Below the pieces are notes generated by a model that had not been told where the DNA came from, did no database searches, and saw only the letters and a list, made by a program, of their open reading frames with translations. The translations under genes and the position numbers were made by a program. A DNA stretch of 64,000 nt. It comes from Utricularia gibba (Eukaryota > Plantae > Magnoliophyta). The stretch is taken from contig NEEC01000016.1 in assembly GCA_002189035.1 (NCBI GenBank), forward strand, positions 2,294,001 through 2,358,000. Reading direction: 5' to 3'. This document shows, piece by piece, positions 1-13,624 of the stretch. Every line of letters starts with the position of its first letter. The stretch's first letter is position 1.

Positions 1-734
1 GGGCCGTTCCCCCAAACCTTGGGCCAAAGGAAATTTGTCATCGTGGGATTCGAGTATTTCCCCAAATGGGTGGAGGCTGAGGCCGTGGAAAAAATATCAG
101 AGGAGACCACTATTCGATTTCTGTGGAGAAATATCTTCATCCGGTTCGGAATCCCTCAAGAACTTGTGACCGATAATGGAACCCAATTCGTTGGGGAAGA
201 ATGGAGGCATTCCTGGATAAATATACGGTCAAACACAACTTCACCTCGGTGGATCACCCGTAGAGCAATGGTCTCACAGAGGTAACGAATCGAACGCTCC
301 GGCTAGGAATGAAGACTAAACTTGAAGATTTTGGAGGATCATGGGCAGATCGCTTCGATGAAGTGCTGTGGTCATATCGCACCACCCCTCGAACCACCAC
401 GGAAGAATCTCCGTTCTTATTGGTTTACGGTGCAGAAGCCGTATGCCCTATCGAACTAACCCTGAAAAGACATATATAGCCGACTAGGGCTCATCAGAGG
501 AGAACGGAAAAGAGATATAAAAAGACGGTGTCCCCAAGGGAATTCTCCAAGGGAGATTTGGTGCTCCGAAGCATTCAACCACAAAGACATGTTGGAAAAT
601 TAGATCGCAAGTGGGAAGGCCCTTATCGGATTTCAAGGGTAATCAGAAAAGGAGCGTATCGTCTAGAACAATTAGACGGCGTGGAATTCTCAAGGTCGTG
701 GAATGCATCACACCTAAGGGAATTCTATACCTAA
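1..734 (+). pseudogene. Gypsy integrase core and C-terminal GPY/F module, frameshifted
   Basis: ORF pieces 19-285 and 528-734 plus in-between W..VLWSYRTTP motif; frameshifts and stops. Confidence 0.9.
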
Positions 735-1609
735 CTGGCTCAATGTCAATCTCCATCACAGGATTGCACAGAATTCGGTATTCTCTCCCTCAAAACACTC
801 AAGCATAAGCCCAGGCAGACCGTGAAAGATCTAAACCACAAGCCCTGGCCAAGCAACGCGAACCCAGGCACATCCCCCAAAATGGCATCCCTTGCGGGAT
901 ACGTCAAACCAACTCGGGATCTCCCCGATACATATACATGTGATCTCCCAAAAACCAGGCATAAGTCGATGACAAGAATAAGCCCTGGTATAATTCGGGC
1001 ATTGGTTCCCGTAAACCGCACGCGTAAGCCCCGAAAAGCCCTTAAGTTTTGACCTTATTGTCGAAATCTCAAGATGACAAGTGCACCCAAAGAAAATCCA
1101 CCCATGTTCAAAACAATGGGGTTCGGCCAAAAGAGGGCCCTTCCCGATTGGGGAAGTCGCTCAACCCATGAGGGGTTCCGACCTACTTCTTTAGCAGCGG
1201 TTCATCACGCATGAGGAAATACTAAGACAAACAAAAATCAAAAAGCCCAAACAAAGGTTTGGCAAAGAGACACCCACCCTCGGATCACAAAAGCATAGGC
1301 GAACCTTCCAAGCCTAAACACGTGATAGACATAACAAACCAACTTGGGGCTTCCCCCGAAATGTGATATCATCAAAGGCAAAAATGATGCGCAAACAGTG
1401 GAGTAAATCAGAAGGAAATCCCGAACCGGGATATCAAAAATGTTCAAGAAGCCCTACAGCAGGGGAAAATACACCAAGTGGAAAAAGTCACTAAAGTGCT
1501 GGAGGAGATGGGGGATTAATGGGAGGATTGACAGAGGAACCGGTATGTTGCTCCATTCTGGCTCTCAACTTGGAATCATTCTCTCGCTCTATCCTCGCTC
1601 GAATCAGTG

Positions 1610-3530
1610 CAATCAGCCGCTCTCGATCAGCTTCGAACCCGAACTCTGGGGCCTAGAAAGTATCTACGATAACATCAAGCATGTTCTCATCCTTCGTCAA
1701 GGGGTTTACCCTGTTGAAGCGTAGATCCATGATTGAAAGCCCGAATTCCCGGCTGAACTGTCGCCTCTGACGGTACAGAAGTAAGCCGATTAAGTCTCCT
1801 GCATAGATATCGGAGAGTTCGGCAAAACAGGCCGAGTTAACAAAATCATCCAGAAGACCCTGCCGAGATGCTTGTTGATCAAGCAATTCGGCCTCTAGTG
1901 CCGAGATGCGGTCCCTGGAATGCTCTAACTCCGCTTCTGCCTCCTCAAATCAGACTTTGAGGCCTTCTCTCTCCGATTTAGCTTCGTCAACCACCTTTCC
2001 CATTTCCTCGACCACATTCCGCAATTCTTCCTCCTGGTGAGCGCGTTTCCCTAGAACGATCTTCAGCGAACTCCCCTCCTCCTCCAACAACTTTATCTGG
2101 GCATCTTGAGGCACAACCTAGGCTTGAAGTCAAGAGACTACCTCCGACTGGGAACCAATCTCTCTAACCACTCTCCATCCAAGAGTTAAAGCCTGAAGGA
2201 ATATTGTCGAGTCAAGAACCGACTACTTAGAATTTAGAAGAGGAAACGGGATGCGTACCTGCCAGATCCCTTCAAGTACCGTTTCCGATCAAACATCCAA
2301 GGTACTAGGCATAGCTCCATCCAGGATTCTCCTTAGTTCAGCTGGAACTGAAGGTTGGGGAGCATCGGGTTATCTCTTACTTCCACAAGGGTTGAATCCC
2401 TCTGTATCTCAATTGGGGGAGCTGATGTCGAAGCACCAGCCGAAAAGAATCTCGCATCAGGAATGGGAGCATCACTGAGATCGAGTGATGGAGGAATTTT
2501 CTCTTTCCCTTTTCCGGCCTAAGGATGGGGAGTCAACTCCCAAGTCTCGGAGACTTCTACTACTGGATCTTCCCCCGAGGAGAGATCGGTGGCGTCTGGC
2601 TGAGTTCCAAACGTATCAATCCGAAAAAGATTATAAACGGGAATTCACAGTAACTGTTAGATAGAAGAAAGGCCTGTGCAGGGGAGGACACCTCGGGTTC
2701 CTGCGCCCTCTACATCTCGGCAGAGAACCGCGCCATCACCGAATCCTCTAGGGAGTTTCTTCGAGCCATCTCTTCAGCTGAAAACGGAAGTAGGAAAAGT
2801 AATAAGGCATAATGCCGATTCTGACCCTCTTCTTTTTCTTGGGGGCCTCGGTTCGAACAGGTGGGGGATCGGGGATGAAGCCGAAACAAGAGGAAGTGAC
2901 GGAGTGGGGCCGAGAGGAAAGTTTCTCGAATCGGCGCCGTCGAAAGAAATGATATCGGGCCAATGGGGATCTCGAGAACGACCGATAATACTCGATCTTT
3001 TCAGGGATTCACCCGAAAACATCAAGGCACGAGACTCGTACTGGATTGAGCCTCGACTAAGCCTCTCGTAAAGGACCTCACGGGATTTGGAAGAAGATTG
3101 GTATGTGCCGAAGAGCTTAACTCTAAATGGGCTCGGAGGATCGATTGGGAAATTCCATCGAAAACTCGAAGGGGGTGCTACCTATACAAATGATGACCAC
3201 CAATCGTGGTGAGTATCAGGGGCTTTAACAATGAAGTTGGGGTTACCTTCGAATCGGCGAAATTGAAAGTGAGATCGGCCATCCATCGGGGACTTGGCTT
3301 TACGAACGGCTATGGAATTCGGGGGAATAGAGAAGGTAGTAAAGCAGAATATGGAATAGAAAAGGAAAGTAGTAAAGCAGAATATGAAATTCGGGGCGAG
3401 ACAGTAAATCGGGATTGCAAAGATATAGAGAAAACGGACTATTAAAGGATGAAGAGGGAAGCGTAAACTGCTTTCGAAATAATCAAGCTGAATTAGGAGA
3501 CTGAGTACCGAATGCGAAGGGAGGGGATGT
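1610..3530 (-). pseudogene. Retand-type antisense extra ORF (Transposase_28-like N-terminus, coiled-coil C-terminus), degenerate
   Basis: Minus strand ~3500-3370 reads FESSLRFPLHPLIVRFLYIFAIPIYCLAPNF; coiled-coil/acidic segment near 1650-2100 is conserved in the second copy at 22590-23170; boundaries approximate. Confidence 0.7.
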
Positions 3531-3641
3531 TTAGTTCACTAGATCTCCTACCCATTTTCAAAAAAAAATGAAAGAAGCCCAAAACCCTAGAACGAGGCAG
3601 GATTCAGGAAGGGTGAAGGACTTAGAATGACAAGGGGGACC

Positions 3642-4208
3642 TGTCAAAAATCCCAGAAGACCGAACGGAAAAGACGAAGAACCGAATGATACTTAGAAAA
3701 TTGGCGGTTTCCGACAGATATCGCGACAATCGAGCGGCAGATGAGTGCAACGGAGCGCGGAGGGCACAAAACTCTTGCAGGCAACAGAGAGGGCAAAGGA
3801 AAGAACTGACGCGAAGGGCACTTATTTATATGGGAAAGGTTCGGGAGACGAAGTGTCGTGACGTTTGAGGTACCCATAAAGCAACCGACATTTGCAGATG
3901 TCATGATTCGGTCAGATTGAACCCTTCTATAAATAGAAGGAACTATGACAAAAAGGGGGTTGGACACAAAAAGAAGGATTCTTCAACTTGTATTCTCTTC
4001 TTCACCTTCTCCGTCTAGTGAAAACCTTTTCCGATGAGCTCCGGTAGCTCCGCGGTTTTTCCGCTTTCCGGCGGTTTCCACGTAAAAATCTTTGCTCATT
4101 TTTACTTCAATTGAACCAACCGTGAAAAACACAACTAAGTGCGACATTCTCGATCACACCTGTCACCTTAAATCGGCCTCCCACCGGATACCGATTTTAC
4201 CCGTAACA
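3642..4208 (+). repeat. Tat/Retand 3' LTR (567 bp)
   Basis: TGT...ACA termini, preceded by PPT; TATAAATAG box; ends ATACCGATTTT..TAACA like the related LTRs at 11702 and 24190. Confidence 0.85.
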
Positions 4209-4539
4209 AAATTTTATTATCATGTATGTTAAACTAATATCAAACTAATATAAATGTAAATATTCATAAAAAATGATAACGTTTTGTTTAATAGTAATAT
4301 ATAATTATGATTTTCTTACATTTCAATAATTAAAATTAATTGTTCATTATATCATTATCTCAAATGATTCGATGTGTTTTTTTAAAAATAAATAATGTAA
4401 TAGCATTGTTTTAAATTTTTACAAAAAATAATACAAATTACATGTATAATATAGTTACTACATTTATTTAGCATATGTCATTGGTAATCCTCAAATTTTT
4501 TTATATTGAAATTTAATAAAAATAGAAATATATATCATT

Positions 4540-7436
4540 GGTAACCCAGCCCGGCCCTAAATTAAAGAGCTCCCGCTAAAAATCGGGCTAAGGTCGGACT
4601 GAAGCGCGATTACATATATTACTATTGGCATGGCCCTACCTTGATTATTGGTTGGTCCGGGCTTGGTCGGGCCGGCCCACGGGCTTACCGTACAATACAT
4701 AAAATATTTTATAAATTATTCACTATTAATATTAATATTCATTGAATACTTTATATAAAATAAATTAAAATTAATATATGAATTCTCAATTCATATAACT
4801 TATTCAAAAAATAACATAATCCATGATAACATAATTAAAATTATCCTAAACCAAAAAAATGATAACATTATATCAAAATATCAATCATTATTTGAATCTT
4901 GTGTATATGTTTGAGTATCTTCCATCTCCATATCTTCATCTATTTCAATAAAACATATAAATTCAAAATATATTATTAAAACCAATATGCACAATTAATA
5001 AAAAATAAATATTACATTACCTTAAGTATCAAATTCCTTAAATCCATGTAACCAATTACGTGCACAAATAAGAGATTGCACCGTATTCGGAAGTAATCTA
5101 CTTCTATACTTACTCAAAATGTGACTTCCAATACTAAAAGTGGACTCTGAAGCAATTGTAGTTATGGGAATACTCAAAATATCTTTTGCCATCATTGATA
5201 AATTAGGAGAATGATAACTGTTCTTAAAAAATCTAGAACATTCATATCAGAATCATCATCTCCATTCTCCATATCCAAATATATATAAAGTTCACATTTA
5301 CCCTTTCTTAAAAGTTGTTGCTTCATTTCTTTGCGATAATCCTACAATTGTACAAAGAAAAAAGTATGCATATTATAAAAAATATTATACTAAATTAAAT
5401 ATATTAAGGTAAAAAATCAAGCTTACCTCAAGAAAAAGTTTAGAAGAAGATGTAGTTGAGCCTTTTAACTTTGAGCATTCATGTGCATATGAACTGGAAT
5501 CTTTCAACATAATTACACTAGATTGATCAGATAATATCCACATTTGTTCATAAGCATGAAATAATCTTCTCAATACTATTTTAACTATCTACTTTCTCTT
5601 CATAATTATAAGGATCAAGTTTTTCATAACAATATCTTAGAAATTCCAATTTTGTATTTGGATCAAGAACCATCCAAATGCAATAGTAATAGAATACTCA
5701 TCCCAATACTTCTCAATTTTCTCTTTCATTGCTAATATCATTGTTTTTATTACTTCATCTTTGCAACTTCAAAGTTCTTTAAGCTTCAATTCAATCATTG
5801 CAACCTGTATAAAATACAAGTTGGAAGTGGGATACCATGATCCTAATATCAAGTTTGTAATCTCATAAAATAGTCCCAATATATCAGAAATCTTCATTGC
5901 TCTCTCTCATTCATCTTTGGTAAAACTAATAAGAGAATTACCAGTACTATAGTATAATGCAGTGATTGCAAGACGATACTTTAAGACAGTTTGTAACATC
6001 AAATAAGTAGAATTCCATCTATTAGGTACATCTAACTTTAAAAACCCCCACTAACATCTTCCAAGTGCTCATCCCTGATATATTTTTCAAATTCTCTCAT
6101 TCTACCTTGAGAAGATCTAACATATTTAACACAATCTCCAATTTTTTTCAAAGCAATATCTATCACTTTCAATCCTTCATAAACAATCAAATTCAAGATA
6201 TGTGCATAGCATCTTATATGAAAAAAAATCACCATCACATAATAACCCATTCTGCATTTGAAACCTTTCTTTTAAAATTCTGACCATACTGTCATTGGAA
6301 GTAGCATTATCTAGTGTGATTGAAAAGATTTTTAAATCTATTCGCCAATCTTTCAATACTCCATATGGTTTACCCGCTAATAACTCTTCAGTATGTGGAC
6401 CATCCAATTCCACAAATACAAGCAATTTAGAGTTCACTTTCTAATTTTCATCAACATAATGAGTAGTCATAGTCATATACCTTTTAATAGTAACAACTGT
6501 CCAAGTATTTGATGTCAAAGAAAGTCTTCCAAAAATAGAGGACAATAAAGATGTCAATCTTTCCTTCTCATTAGCATATATTTTCATACAATCAACTCTT
6601 GCCATAATTCTACTAATAGATCTAAAATCATGATTTAGAATTCTATTTGCAGCATTAACTTCTTCATATTCATCATAAGCAAATGGAAGATCATGCATGA
6701 TAATTGCTCTTGCTACTGAATCTCAAAATTAATTATGATCAAATTTCGCTTTTTTAATCAAAGTAGTTTGACCACTAAGTAAAGAACTTACATCATGAAA
6801 TTTTGGACACATTAAACAACTTTGAGAATGCCTTAATAAGTGAGATGTACCTGATTTGTCACCACAAGTCAATATTTTCTTGCAATAATTGCACTTGCAC
6901 ATTTCTACACCATTAACTTTTCCAATCTTTTCAAAATGATGCCATACTTCAGACTTGGGCTTCTTAGATAATGGAATAGTATCACTGACATCTTTTGAAT
7001 CCTTTCCAATAGAAGATGTAGGAGATGGTAAAGATGATCGTAATATTTGCCAATCGCAACTATGTTCTTCAATATTATTTATATCCATCCTAACATGTAT
7101 AAATAAACATATAAAAATGATAACAAAAATAAAGACGATATCAAAACTAGAATCATAAGATAAGTCTATTGAATGCATATCAAAAAAATTTGTACTAAAT
7201 CAATTGCTTTATGGAGGCTGCCAATGCGTTTTCTGAAGGTTTAGAATACTAAATGAGATTATTTGGATGCCTAAAACCCTAACCCGCATAGGGCCTTAGG
7301 CCCATCACGCTTTTCGGGCCCTAAACCCAATGAGCCCTAAGGGCTTCAGGCTTTGGGTCCCAAAAGCCCGATCAAGTTTCAGGTCATCAATATTTAGGCC
7401 CAAGCCCATGGACTTGGGCCTAGAGTTTCATCCCTA
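4540..7436 (-). mobile_element. hAT (Ac/Tam3-type) DNA transposon, decayed; only one terminus found
   Basis: TIR TTTCATCCCTA at 7426-7436 (reverse complement TAGGGATGAAA, Ac-type); GGGCC-rich subterminal blocks at 7280-7420 and 4545-4690; left boundary approximate. Confidence 0.85.
4900..7060 (-). pseudogene. hAT transposase (BED finger, DDE core, dimerisation domain), multiple frameshifts and stops
   Basis: SEVWHHF...CKCNYC...GTSHLLRH BED finger; SLTSNTWT; ITLDNATSND; HIRCYAHILNLIV; [17 protein letters not shown]. Confidence 0.92.
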
Positions 7437-8231
7437 TGTATTACGCTTTAAATGTGCTTTACGTTTTTTTATAATTAAAATTTGTTAAGGTGACACACAA
7501 CATATAGTTTTTCGGAAAACAATAATACATATGAATCTTCCATACAATTTGAGGAATTTATATAAAAAATAAATATAACTTAATATATAAAATATTAAGA
7601 AATAAGTTCCAAATTTTAAAAGAAAAATAACTCAAAAATAAAAAATAAAAAATGGAATCTTTTAACATTATTTATCAAAAAAAATATATAACTATACAAA
7701 TACATTAACTATCAACTAAAAGTATAACTATACAAATATCATTAAATAAACATATTTTTTCGAAAATTGTGTATAAATTAAAATTCAAAAAATTTAATAT
7801 AATGAATGAATATATAAAAATAAACAAACAAAATGTAATAAAAATTACTTAGTGAAGAAAAAAGAAGACGAATTGAGGCCAATATACAAAACAAAAAAAT
7901 AACTTATCAACTAGAATGGTAAAAATTGAGAGTCATTACTTTTAATAACAACATTTTAAAGATTTTAAATTTGAAATTAAAATAAATGGATCTAGAAAAT
8001 TAAAAAGTCACACTTTTTAATTTAAAATTGGGATTTTAACTTAATTAAAAATTTATAAAACACTTTTTTTAAGATAGCATGTGTTTTCTGAAGTTAAAAC
8101 AAAAGTCGTTTCAGGCACTGCAAACACATGATACATTGCATGGAAATAACATATAAAAAAGAAAAGGAAAAAAAGCTTGCTTTAGCTACTTCTTCACATG
8201 TTAGCAGTGTACATTGCAGTACATTTATTAA

Positions 8232-8465
8232 GAAATTGAGCGTGAGAGCCAAATGAATCGAAAGATTCTTGTTTGGTTCGGGAAGGGATTAGGGAAGTTT
8301 TAAAATAAGCACACAGATAATCTACTTTCATTAAGTAATTTGTTAGATAATCGAAAGCAGGGAATCTTGAATGCTATTTGAAATTGAGAAGAACTGCGTT
8401 GAACAATTGGAATACGTCTGGATTCCCTTACGTAAAGTGGAAACAGAAACAGATGAGTTTCGTGA
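8232..8465 (+). pseudogene. atpF: Plastid atpF group II intron 3' end plus start of exon 2 (NUPT)
   Basis: AGCGTGAGAGCCAAATGAATCGAAAGATTC..GTTTGGTTCGGGAAGGGAT intron motif, then TAAGT..TTAGATAATCGAAA.CAG..ATCTTGAAT exon 2 from 8332. Confidence 0.8.
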
Positions 8466-8879
8466 AAGTTTATATACATCTGCCCTTTCTCAACGCATTT
8501 ATTTAGAGCATGGAATCCGTCTTTTACTCTCTTCGGATGATAAATATTTCTAAGAGCATGGGTGAATCAAACCTATGTTTGAATTGAAGTATTGATGCAA
8601 GTTATTCCCTTCTGAAACAGATAGATTCATATCTAAAAGAGGTTGACAATAAGTTATTTTCAAAAAATTTGAAATATATTTATTAGATAATAAAAAAGAT
8701 AATTTTGAAAAATTTTCTAACTATGATCTTTTAGCATATAAATTCTTAAAAAGAGTCTTTTTTTTTTCAGACTAGCTTTTCAATCAAATAATAATCAAGA
8801 GATTTTGGAATACGCCTAAAGAAACACTTTTTGAAACGCTGAAGAATCAAACTATTTTAAATGGTTGGAATGATATGCT

Positions 8880-9225
8880 ATATATGAAAAATGACATTAG
8901 TAAAAATAATATTTTGATTGTCAAATTCTCAAATTTGATCTTAGGCAAAAAGATAATATTGAAAGTTACCTTACGACGAATATCAATATATACAAAAATA
9001 CTCAAATTTATAGAAATAATTTAAAAAGAATTCATATTTTTCTTAAATTTCCAGAAATAAAGCAAATAAATTACCAGAACGGGCTTTTCGATTGGACCGG
9101 AATGAATGCAGAAAGAATAAAGGGTAGCATACGAAATCTTGAATTTTGGTTCTTCTCCGAATTTATTTTAATTTGTAAGAGATATAAAAAACAGTGATTT
9201 ATACCAAGTAAATTACTTATTTTAA
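8880..9225 (+). pseudogene. ycf1: Plastid ycf1 fragment (NUPT)
   Basis: Translates YFDCQILKFDLRQKDNIES and FDWTGMNAERIKGSIRNLEFWFFSEFILICKRYKKQ*FIPSKLL, matching recalled ycf1 C-terminal motifs. Confidence 0.8.
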
Positions 9226-9240
9226 TCTACCTAGTTTGAC

Positions 9241-9393
9241 GAGGGAGAACAGACCATTCACTAGGGTGATTCTGAAATCATGGAAATGTAGTTTGATCAA
9301 GCCACTCAGTATTGGAAACAGGCTATCACACTTACTCCTGGTAATTATATTGAAGAACACAATTGGTTGAAGATCACAAGACGTTTTGAATAA
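9241..9393 (+). pseudogene. ycf3: Plastid ycf3 exon 3 with preceding intron end (NUPT)
   Basis: [48 protein letters not shown]; two premature stops. Confidence 0.95.
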
Positions 9394-10337
9394 AACAAGG
9401 CACTTTTATATTTTTTATATATTAATTATAAAAACATTCATTATTGATTTTGGATTCATTTTTATCTCATTATAGAAAAATGGATTATTCATTTGTGTTG
9501 GCTTTGTAGAAAGAATCAAGTAGAGAATTCCAGAATATCCTTTCTATTTATTATATCATTATATATATACATTTCCAAAGAATGGCTGCTCACGTGATTT
9601 GGGATGGAGTAAAAAATTACTATCATCAGGTTGTACAAATGAATCGTTTTTACAATGATCCAAAGCCGAAAAAGAGTTGTATGATAGATCCAAAAACTTG
9701 CCCTGGATCGACTTCCAGATCATAATTACTCTAGTAAGAAACTAAAGAAACCAATAGAAAAATAGAACATAACTAATTTTAGAAATATCTATTAAATAAA
9801 GGTTTACTAATTATAATTTAAATTTGATTGTGGTGGATCTATTGGTTGGTTGAAAACGTTGAAGTTGAAATAGACAAGATTTGGTTCAAATAAGATTAAA
9901 GGGAATTTTATACCCTTTAATTTCTTTGTACTTGTGTTGTTCCTAATTTGTTTCAATACGACTTTATAAAATGGGTCTAAGCAATAGGCACAATACAAGG
10001 CTCGTGATGTAGAACTTGGTTGATTTATACTATTAATTTAGTTTGACTCAGAGGCACTAAGTATTTTCCAAATTAATGGAAGAATTGCAATTTTAGTAGC
10101 CTATGCATAATTCTATAAAACAAAATAGACTTCGCTTATTCAGGTTAATCTAGAACATAAAGGCTGATCTTGGTTCTTGTTGAAATTGGATAAGTGGAAT
10201 TTACTTTCTTATCATTCAATGAGCATCTTGGATTTCATAAAAATTAGGAGCAATATAATCCTTACGTTTCAGGCATTAAGATATGTTTCAAGCCCAAATG
10301 ATTATAATAGGAGATTCTCAAGATATCTTAAGATTTT

Positions 10338-11677
10338 TGATGAATGTCGTTTCTACAACAAATTTTAAAGATTTTTTAAAATTCATAAAACACAAATGCG
10401 TAGTTGTATATCGAATGTAGAGAGTTGTTTTTTAGTGAAAGATGAAGTTATATCGAATACTACTATCACGATTTATAAATGATTTTATAAAGTAAAAGGT
10501 GTGAGAAAATGATGAAGCTTGAGTAAGAAGGTAAGAGGGTTATAAGCAAACAACGGATTTAAACTTAAGCAATGCATCTTAAATAAAGATAATGTTTCTG
10601 GGATTGGAATCTTTTCTAGCTACGTTCATCGCATCTTCACTCTTCTGTGATCTTCTTAAGTACTCGGTTATAAGAGTAAGGAAATGCCAACCATCCCTTA
10701 CACTCTCTTGCAAAAAGGCATGGGTATAGCTTGATATTGCTCCTCCTTGGACGAACGTGAAGATAAAGGGTCCTACCGTCATACCCTCATGGTCGAATAG
10801 CGCACATGTGCCTTAGTGTTGCCAATGATCTAATGAGTGCAGATACAAAATCACTATCTGTCCATTGATCTTGAGGTATGGCTACAAACAAAACGTTTTC
10901 TTCCTCTTGGCAAAAGGGCATGAGTTGGTGCTTTCCATCTTACTCCTTTTCAAAACTCGTATGTAGTGATCAGCTAACCATGAATCTTAAATAAGGGGAC
11001 TGTTACAAGAAGATTGCAACATAGTCGTGCGAAAACATATGAAACTCGATCACATTCAAAGAAGAAATGAAGATCAATTAATGAAACATAGATTTGGGAG
11101 TATCCCGACCCGAAACGGAAGTTGAGCCACAAACGAACTAAGTAAACGAAAACAAAGTTCTAGAGAGAAACTAAAGGAAAAATCCTGTAGAGAGAGAACT
11201 AAAGTCTAAACTAAAACTGGAATTCAATGCTCATGTCTGAACTGAACTGAACTTCAATGAAATTCTGAGTTTTCATGTCCCCTTGGATCTACTGTGAATT
11301 GGAGTGACTTTCATGAAAGTTCCTACTTTAACACTAGTATGCTAATGATTTCATTTGTCAGAGACTTCCGTTTTCAACACCTCAAGGCTCATCATTAGGC
11401 ATCTGCAGTCTTTCGGAAATCAAGGAGATGTCAGTTTGGGAAGATATGTTTTTTCGCCATCTGATGCTTCGTTCCTCATACCTCTTATCACGTGTTCGAC
11501 TCTAGAAAAACTTAAACAAAACTAGAAAAAAACATTAGTTAAAATATAAGATGTAACATAATTATCCTAATCTAGATAAAAATTTAAATCTTATATTATA
11601 GACTCCTAACTAAACAAATTTGATCACATTTAAACATAAAAACGACCTAAAAGATAGTGAGAAAATGACATTTAACA
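10338..11677 (-). mobile_element. Athila-like solo LTR (family A, 1340 bp)
   Basis: Minus-strand termini TGTTAAATGTC...TCA; homologous to 36860-38023; TSD ATTTT/ATTCT (1 mismatch). Confidence 0.8.
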
Positions 11678-11701
11678 ATTCTCGTTCTTGAAAATCCACA
11701 C

Positions 11702-12226
11702 TGATGGGGTATAAATTGTTCTCTGAAAAGGCTGCCGAAAGGAGCTATGGGGGGATAGCGCCAGCCGACAGACCGATATGTGTCAGAGATTTGACAGCAG
11801 TGACCGTATAGCGTAATCTGAAAAGCGGCCGAATCATAGCAGAACAGGCGGCGATCATCTGAAAAGTAAGGTCACCGTACAAGTACAAAAAGCAACTGAC
11901 ACCTGCAGAAGGGAGGAGGTGGCCGGATCGACCTTTTCTATAAATAGGAGAAGTTATGAAGAAAAAAGGGTTGGACCCTAAGCCTTCCAACTGGTATCAT
12001 TTCTTCACCACCATCGTCTAGTAGAAATCTTCTCTGGCGAGCCCTGACAGCTCTGTGGTTTTTCCGCCTTGCGGTGGTTTCCATGTAAAACATCTCCGCC
12101 CACTTTCATTTCATTAGATCAAACTGAACGGATCACGAGAAGAAGCATATAAAGAAGCGACATTTCTGATCGTATCCATAACCCGAAAATCGGCCCAACC
12201 CCGTATACCGATTTTCTCCTATAACA
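11702..12226 (+). mobile_element. Tat/Retand solo LTR (525 bp)
   Basis: TGATGGGGTATAAAT...ATAACA; perfect TSD CACAC (11697-11701 and 12227-12231); homologous to 24190-24707. Confidence 0.92.
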
Positions 12227-13423
12227 CACACTTTTTCAAACCCAGATTCAAATTCCTTCTCTAGGTAAATACTTTTATGCATAACTCTTCTGGTTGATCT
12301 ACACTATACTATATTCTGGTAAGATGATAAACACTAACTAACACTCCTCCAGGTGCTCTCTCTCTATATAAAATAGACTAAAACCTAATTTGGAGATTTC
12401 CAACAATGACAAACTTCAATTTGTATTCAATCCTCAAAATTTTTAATTTGGCATACTTCTCTATATTTTAACTATTGTTGAGTTGGATGAAACTTCAACC
12501 AAAGAGCATTTAGGTAAAATTACATATATTTAGATATTTCATTTTGAACTATTTAAATTCTTTTATTGCAAAAGTACAAAGAAATGATAGAAACCACTCT
12601 TGCGTATGATCACAGAGAGCATGATTTCTATGAATGCTTACAAATTATTATTTTATATACTTGATATTACAATATTTTTAAATTTATTTCTAAAATATCA
12701 ATTCAGTCAACAACGTTAATGTCTTTTTTATAGCAATAAACAACTCAATAGTTCAAGGGAAACATGCATTTCCAAAAACATTCATTTGGTGATTTTGATA
12801 ATTTTTCAAGTGAATATATGCATATAAAGAACATATGATTAATGATAAAGTTCTTCAATAAATAATTAAAGCTACCACTACATATTTCATAAGTCAACTA
12901 ATTCTTCAAAAAGGGAAAATGCATTTAGTTGTGCATACACTTTTGAAACAATTGATGTTGTGTCATATTTCAACATATTTGTTTCAATTTGCGTGTTAGA
13001 TTGACAGCATTGTTTGAAGTTGAATAGGAAAAATGCAAAAAGCATGTCAGTTAAATTATATTATGTAAAAACGTGATTGGGGCTTTTTTCCTTATTCTGA
13101 GGGTGAGGTGGGTTTAACATTCGTCAAAGCCCAGTTTAAAAACCCCATTTTGAGGGTGAGGTGGGTAACATTGTGTTCCATTTGGGCTAGATAATGTAAT
13201 TTCACCAGTTTGTAAAGTTTTTTTTAGTGCAGGAGCAAAAGAAGATTAATAAGGTGAGGTGAATGTGAGGATTCAAGTTCTCATAACTCACCTTTTCAGT
13301 TTTTAACATGTTCTACTTCATACTAACTAAACATTAGAGTATTGGATGAGTGAATTAGGAGGAAGGTGTTGCTCTAGATTCATGCAGCCAATCATATATG
13401 TCCAAGTATAATCATGAGGTGGT

Positions 13424-13519
13424 GCCACATGTTTATATTGCATGTGTGCCAGATGTTTCTATTGCATGTTTGCCATACATTCACATTGCATGTGTGACAC
13501 ATGTCCATATTGTTTGCAA
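13424..13519. repeat. 24-bp minisatellite, about 4 degenerate units (GCCACATGTTTATATTGCATGTGT)
   Basis: Direct inspection. Confidence 0.75.
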
Positions 13520-13624
13520 GATAAGGATAGAGTATATAAGGGGCGTTTATATGATGGAGTTTTACAAAGGTGAGGAAAAGAAGTTTATTTGGAAAAGTGG
13601 AAGGAAAAGTTTCAATACCTACAA

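Larger units (their letters stand above)
1..4208 (+). mobile_element. 3' part of a Ty3/gypsy Tat/Retand-clade LTR retrotransposon (integrase, long spacer with antisense ORF, PPT, 3' LTR); 5' part lies outside the window
   Basis: Integrase motifs KWVEAEA...RFGIPQELVTDNGTQF and KWEGPYRI; PPT-like AAGGGGGAC at ~3632-3640; LTR TGT(3642)...ACA(4208). Confidence 0.9.
8232..10337 (+). other. Mosaic nuclear plastid DNA insertion (NUPT), decayed
   Basis: Three plastid loci recognised in succession (atpF, ycf1, ycf3); intervening pieces look plastid-like but were not assigned; right boundary set by LTR insertion. Confidence 0.7.

Noticed and set aside
12240-13390. Exon-like and MITE-like patches, including a duplicated GAGGGTGAGGTGGGT
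   Set aside because: No TIR/TSD pair or protein family could be established.
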